Shown: positions 12,571 to 23,089 of the stretch, in pieces
Numbering within the stretch: the stretch's first letter is position 1
Layout of the letters: every line of letters starts with the position of its first letter
Assembly (NCBI GenBank): GCA_050084985.1
Contig: JBITNC010000001.1
Span: forward strand, 18,042,001 to 18,106,000
Direction: 5' to 3'
Source of the DNA: Nageia nagi
Lineage: Eukaryota; Plantae; Pinophyta
Length of the DNA stretch: 64,000 bases
The notes under the pieces: model-generated
Database searches by the model: none
Told to the model about the DNA's origin: nothing
What the model saw: the letters and a program-made list of their open reading frames with translations, nothing else
Position numbers and translations under genes: made by a program

Positions 12571-14488
12571 ATGAAATAGGTGCAAGAATAAAAATATCAA
12601 TGGAAGGAAATTTAGATGATAAGAGAAGCATACCTAAAAGACCTATATAGTACTAGGAGAAGTTTTTAATGCCAAGATATTAATGAATGACCAAGAGAGA
12701 GGTTTAGCTTAATTAAGTGAGAAAAATAAGCTCATGATTATCCAAGCTACTAATTTTAACCCAATTGATATTCCACCTCTAGGTTGTGGAACTACTTGAA
12801 ATAATAAAAGAAAATGATATCATACAATCAAATCAAGATTATATATAATATTGATAGAGGAAAATTCAATATCTTTGGAGATTTCATTCAAATATCCTAG
12901 AGTGGTTATATTCATACCACTTTTTTATAAGCATCCACATCATCATCAAATATCACCACCTTAAGCATCACCCCTTTAGATTTGAGAATTTTTAGCTCCT
13001 AAATAAAGATTTACTAAAGTTGATACAACAATAATGGAAAAAAGGAAAACCAAAACTTAGAATAGAATAATTCCAGCTACAATCTAGGTTAAAACATATA
13101 AAATGCATATTGAAAAACTAGATTAAATCTTGATGAATAGATTTTCAACAATAAAGAGTAGTTTTGATAGGGAAAGTGCAAGGAATAGTATGAAGGATAC
13201 AAACATAAATGATTTTAGAAGAGTTACTTTCTCAAGAAAGTGCTTTGATACAAGAGGAGGAGGAACTTGATAAGAAAAAAAGTTCTTTCATTAGTCAACC
13301 ATATTCAAATTCATTATAAACATTTGGATACTCTTATTAATACAAAATACCTCAAAGAAATTACAAAAATAACTAACAATTATTTTTTTACTTTGTTCAC
13401 TATAGACCAAATCTCTCTAAATAGGCTCAAGAGAAAGTTTCGAGAAGTATTCCCAAATTAGAATCTCTAAAGTAGAATGAAGATCTTTTAAAGGAGATCA
13501 AAGAGGAAGAGTTGAAAAGAGTCATGTTTTCCATGCAATCAAGGAAAGCCCTAGTTCCTGATGGATTACCAATTGAGTTCTACAAAGCCTTTTGGGACAC
13601 CATGGGGAATGATGTCACTAAAGCTATGGAAGAGACAAAATTCAATAGAAGGATTCTTAAATCCCTCAACTATCCCTTTTTGATCTTGATTATGGAAGTA
13701 GGAAATATGGAGAAACTAATTAATTATATACCAATTTCCCTCTACAATGTGATCTAGAAGATTATAACTAAGGTAATAGCTAATAGATTCAAAATCATAT
13801 CACCGAATATCATATCTCTTGAATAAGGTGTTTTTGTACATGATAGAAAAATTATAGATAGAAGTATGATAACTCTAAAAACTATTCAGTAGATGGCTAA
13901 AAAAAAAAAGAACAAATGAATTTTCTTGAAGTTTGATTTATCGAAGGCCTATGACATAGTGAGTTAGGATTTTTTGGATCATATTCTATAAAGATTTGGT
14001 TTTAAGGAGGAATTGATTAATTAGGTTATGGAATGCATATCTATAATCTCCTTCTAACTCTTAATCAATGGAATACATTCTCCATAATTTAAGGCTAGCA
14101 AAGGTATTAGACAAGGATATTCTCTTATCATACCTATTTATTTTTTTACAAAAGGATTGAGGGTACTTATTCAGAGAAAAAGAGTATAGAATACCATCTC
14201 AAGGGTAATGTTAAATAGAGATATAACCATAACCCATATATAATTCATGGATGATATACGATTATGAGACAAAGTAATATTAAAAGAAGCAACTAGTATC
14301 ATAGGTATTTTAGATTGTTATATTGCAACCATTGGCCAATTTCTAAATGAAGAAAAACCAAACACTATTTATTTAATATGTATAAAATAATAATGATTTG
14401 AAAATCACACCTTATGAGATTCTCAATTTCCTCCCTCACATTAGAATACCTGGGTATTCCCTTGATGAAAAAATATTGAAGAATGAGG

Positions 14489-14981
14489 TGTTGGAATCTA
14501 TAATGCATTATTGTAAAGGTTTGTATTAAATCTTCTATGTAAAGTTCACTAATATTTAAGGGTATCATTTGATACCTTAAGTGTTTAAGTGAATATGATA
14601 ATGTAACTTGTCCTACACTCCATGTTATGAGCATGCCCCTTGGGTAAAAGGATGTGCATGTCATGCTTTTGTACATTGGATAAAAGGGTTATCCAAAGAG
14701 GGATTTTGGCCTATAAATAGAGGCTCCCTATTTGTGATTATACACCAATTGTGGAGTAAAATTATGCTATAGGATAGTGGTTAGAAGAAAAGAGTAGGAG
14801 GATTGTAAGAGAGTTGTATTTGTAATTGAAGTAAAGATCTAGTTAGTGGATGTACTCCTAGTTGGAGGAACCACTTACATCTTGTGTTGTAAGATTGCTT
14901 TGTGAGTTTGTTAGATGTAATTGTGAGCTTCAATGTGATCTTGGTTGATTAAGAATTATCTTGTTAGTGTTAGTTCCTTCA
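14489..14981 (+). mobile_element. Copia solo LTR, same family as the 21891-30046 element, opposite orientation
   Basis: TGTTGGAA...TTCCTTCA ends; perfect TSD TGAGG (14484-14488 and 14982-14986); reverse complement of 21891-22375 and 29562-30046. Confidence 0.95.
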
Positions 14982-15623
14982 TGAGGATTGGAAAACTATA
15001 ATAGATAAATTTCACATAAAGCTTGCAAACTGGACTCATAAATGATTGATCTTTAGAGGTAGGATGACAATTTTGAAATCAATTCTACAAGCATTACCAA
15101 TTTACAAATTTTATAATTTAGAATCCCCTAAGAGCATCCTCAATAATTTGTATAAACTAACGAGAAGTTTTTTTATGGTGTGGAGAAAAAGGAGAGCTTA
15201 AAGGTACCTTGGTAAGATGGGATAAGGTGTATCAACCAAAGGAAATAGGAGAAATTGATATTGAAGTTGCAATAACTAAAAACCAAGCCTTATTAGGAAA
15301 ATTATACTAACTATGGATCATAAATCAAGACCAATTATGGAGTCAAGCTTTAAAAGCAAGATATTTTCTAGCCCACGAAATAGAAGGCCTCCCTTAACTG
15401 CTAGTCACAAGAGAGGGCTCAAAGATATGGAAAGTATTCAAAAATGGATCTTATTTAGTAAAGGATAATTCATATTAGAATTTAGGAGATGATAAAAAGA
15501 TCAAATTATGAGATGATTCTTAGTTACTTTCACCACCCATAATCATATAATACCCTCATATGAATGGGCTTATAGAGGCTCTATGCAATCAAGGTTGTAC
15601 CTTGATTTCTTACTATCTTATTC

Positions 15624-16711
15624 TGATCCATAAATAGTAAGATTAAAACTTCACATTAACCTCTTCAAATGGATCATTCCACACTTAAAATATTTAAGTG
15701 CTTGTAAAAGAAATTTAGGAAAACAAAGTGTAAACACAAAGAAGAGAAAAGCATTCACCAAAGAAGAGATAAGCAAGATTTATCCTGGTTCACCTAGTGT
15801 GGGCTACATCCAGCTCAAAAGCTTTCTACTATTAATGGGGGAATCACTTTACAAGGCCTCTAAGGTCCTTCAAAACCTCCTCTCACATTCACAATACACT
15901 CTTAGCTCTGAAAATCACAACAAAATTGAAACACTTTCTGAAATCCTCCTTCTTTCCTCTTTTGTCCAATTTGCTCCCCTTTTATACAATTTTTGGAGCT
16001 AAAACTAGAGAGAATTACAACTAAAAATTTCAATAGAAAAGCCTATTTTTAGATACCCATTAACCTTCTTGATCTTCCTGCCAAATTTGGGCTCAATTGG
16101 TTGCAAAAATCTCTTAAAAATGAGCTCTGAATCTGAAAAACACGCTCTCTGGACTGTTACAGGCTTACAAGATAAACTTAGCCCAAAAATAGGACCTTAG
16201 GCAAATCAAAAATCTTGAAAAACCTTTGAAAAATGCCAAAATACGTTAAAATACTCCAAAAATGGGTGGGTGCACTATGGTGCTGACACATGGCACATTC
16301 TGGGCAAAAGTTAAATGGTCAATAGGCGGGTAGGCTGACTGGGCAGCTTGCATGGGCGGTTTGGCACATGTGGACGGGTTACGCGTAGGGTCAGACGGGT
16401 TGGCGGTGCGTGTGGTCAGATGGGTCTGATAGCAGTCAAATGTGGGATTTGACCTCCACATGCTCCCTTTGGACTCTGACGTGGTCCATGGTGGCTCCCT
16501 GTCACACCGATGTGGCCTCCACAGTGGCGGGCGGGTCCTGCCATTTTTTTTTTTCAAAAATACTCAAAATAGACTTAAGGCCATAACTTTCACATACGGA
16601 CTCGGATTCTCGATCCAAAAGAAGCATTGGAAAGCTGAAGACAAGATGATTACAATGAACATACTAAAATGGAGATTACTAAATGTTGAAGGGATCCAAA
16701 TTTTCATATCA
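15624..16711 (-). repeat. Gypsy 3' LTR
   Basis: TG...CA ends; adjacent PPT (tttctcccc 16712-16720 on +); highly similar to 19920-21005. Confidence 0.95.
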
Positions 16712-16751
16712 TTTCTCCCCATTAAGAGAGAGCTTTTATCCCCAAAAGCAT

Positions 16752-19700
16752 TTAGGATGATGGAATGAGGTGAGGGTAGAGCTCCCTCACCCGATCAACT
16801 GCATACCACTTGGCCTTGTGTGGATGTTGGCCCTTCACTCTAATATGCCACACCTCATGTATGCCACTACGAGATGATCATTGCTTCTTTTCCAATACTA
16901 CATCCTTAACCAACACATTCATGTGCTCAGGGGCTAAATCCTCAACTGACTGTAACATGACCTCTGTATCTTCTGCAACTAAAGCTGGTCCATACAACTT
17001 CAAATTCTCAACATTAATAACAGAATACATTTGCATATAGGGTGGTAAGTCTAACCGAAATGCATTATCCCCAACTTGACCAATAATGGTAAATGGACCA
17101 TACCTTATTGGTTTCAACTTCCTTCCCTTACCTTGCTGTCTCTCCTTGTTGAGATGAAGCCATACCTGATCCCCAACCTAAAATTTATGATCCACTTGAT
17201 AACGATCATGCTTCTCTTTATACCTGGATACATTTTCTTGCATTTTAGGCCAATAACAATACCTTTGTAGATTAGCAAGAGTTTTCCCAACACCAAAGTG
17301 TCCTAAAATATGAGAAGTATGAGCTTCCCTAATCAAATCATTTCTCTCACCATTAGGAATACAAAGTTTGCCCAAATGAAAAAGTAATCCATCATGCAAA
17401 TGAAAGTCATGATTTCCAACCTCATTACCAAGACTCAATCTTTGATATACATTTTGGAAATCAGGATCAACCACATATTGTTCTTTATACCCATCATGCA
17501 TTAAAGAACTATTTTGCAGAATCACAACACTAGCAACTATTTCAATTTCAAAAGGTTTATGAAGATTAGGCAAAGCAAGTACTAGAGCATGACTAATTTT
17601 CTTTTTAAGCAAGTCAAAAGCATGTAATTTTTTTCCTCTCCACTAAAATCCATGACTCTTTCCTATAATAGCATGAAGTGGAGAAGGCATATAAGAAAAA
17701 TTAGCAATAAACTTGCGTAAATATTGTATTGCCCCAAGAAAACTCCTAGTCTCTGTCACATTAGTGGGAGTAGGCCATTTCAACATAGCCTCAATTTTTG
17801 CAGGATCTATCCTCAATTGACCTTCACCTACAATGTGGCCAAGATAGATTAAACTCTTCTTGATAAACTCACACTTAGACATATTCAAATAGAGTTTTGC
17901 TTCCCTTAAAACTTCAAACACTTTACGCCAAGTTCCATCTTTCTTTGGAATTATAACAATAGGAGATCCACATGGTGATGTGCTAGGTCTAATGACTCTT
18001 TGATCTAACAATTCCTTGACTTGTTTCTTAATTTTTTCATTTTCCAAAATAGTATTTCGATATAAGCCAATATTAGGAAGTGCAACATCAGGATGTAATT
18101 GAATCTCATGTTGTATATCTCTTTTAGGTGGAAGTTCTTTAGGTACTTGAAATAAATCTTCAAATTCAGAAATTACCTCGTTAACTTCTTCTTTGTATTA
18201 TGGTTCACAATCTTCAAGTGCCTTTATGATTTCCACTTCATCTTGAGATTTCACCATTGCAAGTATAAACATTTGTCCATTGATTAGTTTCTTTGCTTGT
18301 CCTGCAGTAATCAAAGAAATATCCTTTTTCTTGCTTTGATGAGCACTAACCATGTATTCAATTCCATATTTAATGAGTCTATATTTGTTTTCCTTTCTAT
18401 ATAATAAAGCATCTCTTTCCCATAGATAAGGACTACCAAGCACAACACAAATATCCAAAGGAACAACATCAAGTAAAACTTCATCAATGTAATCCCTATT
18501 AATCCCAAATTGCAACTTGCATTATTGTGTTACTTTCAACTTTGAATTGTTATTAACCCATCCCAATGGATATGGGTTTGGATGGGGTTGAGTAGTGAGT
18601 GCAAGTGATTTGACATACTTTTTTGCAATCAAATTAGCTTGAGATCCAGAATCAAATAATGTATCAATCCTAGTCTTCTTAGCTTGCACCTTGATGTGAA
18701 AAAGTTCAATTTTCTTCTTTTCCTCATCTTCATTAGGTGTATTATGCAAAGCCATACATGTCATTTTCTCATCTACATCTGAACCATCTTCAATTTCACA
18801 AGTAATAGTATTTGTTTGCTTTCTTTGACCTTTAGGTTTAGGACGTAATTCAGGATGCAATTTCCAACATTTAGCCTCTAAATGACCTTCTTTTTGACAA
18901 TGTGCACATACATCTTTAGACTTTTGTGTAGTAGACATAGTTTTCCTTTCCCCCTTTTCTTTATTCCTTTCAGAATCATCATTACTATTGTAATTGGAAG
19001 CATTGTTCTTTTTCCCATCATTAACAAATTTTCCCCTTTCTTCTAAGTGAGTGGCTTGTACACAAACTTTATCCAAATCATTTGGATCAAACATCAAAAT
19101 TGTATGCCTTAAATAATTATGCAAACCAACAATATACTTAAGAAGAGTATCTTGGGAATCAAGAGGAATACCTAGCATTGTAGCTCTTCTTCAGAATTTC
19201 ATAGTGTACTCTTGCACACTTTGTCCTTTGCCTTGACGGAAAGTTTGCCATTCCATGATTGTCTTTTGCCGATAACCCAAAGGATAAAATTGATTTCTAA
19301 GCAATTGTACAAAATGAGACCAAGAAGCAATACAAGCTTGAATAGATTCATTCTTGCTTTGTAAACAACTTTCCCACCAAACAAGTGCATTACCACTCAT
19401 TTTAAGAGTTGCTAATTGGATTTTATCCTCATCTCTTACAATTCTTTGAACTCTACAATATACTTCAATTTGTTTAATCCAATGGTCTAATTTCTTAGCA
19501 TTTACTTCTCCAATAAAAGTAGGCAAATCAAATTTAACTTCCAATTTCAAAGGAGAACTATGAAAAACACTATGTGTAACATCATTGTTAATTTTATTAC
19601 TTTCACTAGTTTCACCTTCATTTTTCTTGTATTGTTGTTCTTGAAAATGTTGGAATTGTAGAGACATTTTCTGGAACATTGTGGCAAGATCAGCAATTTG

Positions 19701-19874
19701 CTTCTCCACATTAGACCCTCCTTCATTGGCCATGGCTCCAAGCTCTCTTTGCTTCTTTAGCCAAACTCTAGAACCAATTTCTGGATCCTCTTCCATAAAT
19801 TCTCCTTCTCCTTTCTTGCTTTGTGACCTAGTATACATGCAAGAACACTTTCCAAACACCAACAACAATCTCAA
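16752..19874 (-). pseudogene. Gypsy gag-pol pseudogene in a single frame with nonsense codons; RT, RNase H and integrase cores deleted
   Basis: ORFs 19191..19874 (gag), 18522..19178 (CAHCQKEGHLEAKC knuckle, LFDSGSQ protease), 18198..18515, 17643..18047, 17178..17612 and 16878..17117 (YGPF, GPY/F region) all share one frame. Confidence 0.95.
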
Positions 19875-19903
19875 AAATAGAGGTTATCCCAATGATTCAA
19901 CTT

Positions 19904-19915
19904 GCTCTGATACCA
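19904..19915 (-). promoter_or_regulatory. Primer binding site (tRNA-iMet)
   Basis: TGGTATCAGAGC on the minus strand, 4 nt from the 5' LTR. Confidence 0.95.
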
Positions 19916-19919
19916 AACT

Positions 19920-21005
19920 TGATCCATAAATAGTAAGATTAAAACTTCACATTAACCTCTTCAAATGGATCATTTCACACTTAAAATATTTAAGTGCTTG
20001 TAAAAGAAAATTAGGAAAACAAATTGTAAACACAGAGAAGAGAAAAGCATTCACCAAAGAAGAGATAAGCAAGATTTATCCTGGTTCACCCAGTGTGGGC
20101 TACATCCAACTCAAAAGCTTTCTACTATCAATGGGGGAATCACTTTACAAGGCCTCCAAGGTCCTTCAAAACCTCCTCTCACATTCACAATACACTCTCA
20201 GCTCTGAAAATCACAACAAAATTGAAACACTTCCCGAAATCCTCCTTCTTTCCTCTTTTGTCCAATTTGCTCCCCTTTTATACAATTTTTGGAGCTAAAA
20301 TTAGAGAGAATTACAACTAAAAATTTCAATAGAAAAGCCTATTTTTAGATACCCATTAACCTCCTTGATCTTCCTGCCAAATTTGGGCTCAATTGGTTGC
20401 AAAAATATCTTAAAAATGAGCTCTGAATCTGAAAAACATGCTCTTTGGACTGTTACAGGCTTACAAGATAAACTTAGCCCAAAAATAGGACCTTAGGCAA
20501 ATCAAAAATCTTGAAAAACCTTTGAAAAATGCTAAAATACATTAAAATACTTCAAAAATGGGTGGGTGCACTGTGGTGCTGACATGTGGCACATTCTGGG
20601 TAGAAGTCAAACGGTCAATAGGCAGGTAGGCTGACTGGGCAGCTTGTGTGGGCAGTCTGGCACACATGGACAGGTTGCGTGTGGGGTAGATGGGTTAGTG
20701 TTACGCATGATCAGATAGGTTTGACAACGGTCAGATGTGGGATTTGACCTCCACATGCTCCCTTTGGACTCTGATGTTGTCCACGGTGGCTCCCTATCAC
20801 ATCGACGTGGCCTCCATAGTGGCGGGCGGGTCCCGCCATTTTTTTTTTCAAAAATACTCAAAATAGACTTAAGGCCATAACTTTCACATACGGACTCAGA
20901 TTCTCAATCCGAAAGAAGCATTGGAAAGCTAAAGACAAGATGATTACAATGAACACACTAAAATAGAGATTACTAAATGTTGAAGGGATCTAAATTTTTG
21001 AATCA
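19920..21005 (-). repeat. Gypsy 5' LTR
   Basis: Direct repeat of 15624-16711, adjacent to the PBS. Confidence 0.95.
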
Positions 21006-21890
21006 TATTCATCCTAGCTAACAACATCCTTCATATAGGTATTACACTATGGATCACTAGTTAAATGGAGAATGGGAGGTAGAAAAAGAATAACTAATAA
21101 AATTTTAGAAAAGAGAACATGGTTATGGAAGGATGGTCCTAATCAATAACATTGAGGACAAAATATATAAAGAACATATATAGTAAAATAAGGTTATTTA
21201 AGATCCCTCCTAATTAATCACTCCTAACCATAACTTCTTTGGAAAGAAATATCGCAACCAAAAGGATGTAAAAAAATAAAATATTTGTCATGCATGATGG
21301 TTCACAATAACATTATGACTTAAGACAATATGCAAAGAAGAGAATTCATTGGACCAAGCATATGTGTTATGTGTAATTAGGAGTAAGAATCCATAGACCA
21401 TCTTCTTTTTTAGTATACCTATGATATAACAATTTAGAGATGGTGGCACCTAATATTCAACTAAATATAATATTTTCCTCCCAACAATAACAATTTATGT
21501 GATTATTTCTCACAACAATTTAAATTTTGAAACTTTGAGAATATCTTGGAAGCTTGGAATGGGATTTATTTGGTGGCAGTTATGGCTGTAATAAAATAGA
21601 AAAAAAATTAAGGAGAAATTTGGAACAATGGAGAGAACATGAAGAATTATAATGAGGAAATTACTTGAGATAATACGAGGTAAAGTATAGGTAGAGTATC
21701 AAATCGTAGTGGAAGAATAAGTTATTTGGGCACAAATCTAGAAGCAATTGCAGAATGAAGGTCAAAGGGTATAAAAAAGAGAGATAGAGAGAAATTGCAA
21801 ACTTACATGGGAGCATTCCCCAATAGAGAAAAAGAAGACACAAGTTAAGTTGTATGGCATACATATATCCTAAGAAGACATAAGCAAAAA

Positions 21891-22375
21891 TGAAGGAACT
21901 AACACTAACAATATAATTCTTAAACAACCAAGATTACATGAAGGCTCACAAAACACATCTAACAAACTCACAAAGATAACACAAGATGTAAGTGGTTCCT
22001 CCAACTAGGAGTACATCCACTAACTAGATCTCACTTCATAACAAATATGAACTCTTACAATCCTCCTACACTTTTCTTCTAAATATTATCCTATAGCATA
22101 ACTTTACTTCACAAATTGGTGTGTGATCACAAAGAGGGAGCCTTCTATTTATAGTCCAAAATCCCTCTTTGGATCACCCTTTTATCCAATGTACAAAAGC
22201 ATGACATGCACATCCTTTTACCCAAGGGACATGCTCATGGCATGGAGTGTAGGACAAGTTACATTATCATATTCACTTTAATACTTAAGGTATCAAATGA
22301 TACCCTTAAGTATTAGTGAACTTACATAGAAGATTATTATAAAATCTTTACAATAATGCAGTATACATACCAATA
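21891..22375 (-). repeat. Copia 3' LTR
   Basis: Direct repeat of 29562-30046; followed on + by ctccccctt (PPT complement). Confidence 0.95.
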
Positions 22376-23089
22376 CTCCCCCTTAATGCAATATTGGGAT
22401 AGATCGAATAAGAGAGAAAGTAAGAGAGTTCTCCTCCAAATAGATACAACGAAGATGAGAACTTTTTACATATTTGTGAAGTAAGAAAGATCTAGTTTGG
22501 GACTCACTACTTTGTCAAATACAATCATTAACCATAATCTATTTCAATGTACATGAAGTAGTCATCCAATTAGAGGTCATGAAATGTCTCTAAGAGCCTG
22601 CATACCTAAAGTAAGTAACCTACAATCTCAAAGGAACCTGCAAGTCATAAGCAGCTCAAATAATAAAATCAATTCAATGTAACATATTCATATCAACAAG
22701 GATATATGAATCACTTAAATGCCATCATGAACTGATCAATGGTGCACTATAAGTCATCACAAAGATGCCAAGCCAAAACTCATAGTCACCTATTGTATAT
22801 AAAACATGTGTTGATTATCATTACAAAATAGAGCATGCACATATAAGTTCCTCACATATGGATAATTGAACAGTGCCAAAAGACACATAAGAGTTCCTCA
22901 CACATGGATAACTAAACAGTGCTAGATTGGCCAATCTTTTTTCTTTAAAAACTTTTTACAAGTTCCTCACATAGAGCAAACTTACCATGAAGGTGTACAA
23001 TAAAATCAATACTATACAGTAGAAAATCCTCCTAAGGGTGAAGTTGTCATCACAAACATGAATTTAACACAAAAGTTCAAACTTCACTC

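Larger units (their letters stand above)
15624..21005 (-). mobile_element. Ty3/Gypsy (chromovirus-like) LTR retrotransposon with internally deleted pol
   Basis: ~1.09-kb LTRs 15624-16711 and 19920-21005; perfect TSD TATTC (15619-15623, 21006-21010); Met PBS; PPT; domain order gag-PR-RT-RH-IN. Confidence 0.97.

Noticed and set aside
15799-16768. ORFs inside the Gypsy LTRs, repeated at 20093-20861
   Set aside because: They are duplicated only because the LTR is, and show no recognisable domain.
3062-21505. The palindrome as an assembly or chimeric-read fold-back artefact
   Set aside because: The arms are heavily diverged and carry different TSD-flanked insertions; an artefact would be near-identical.
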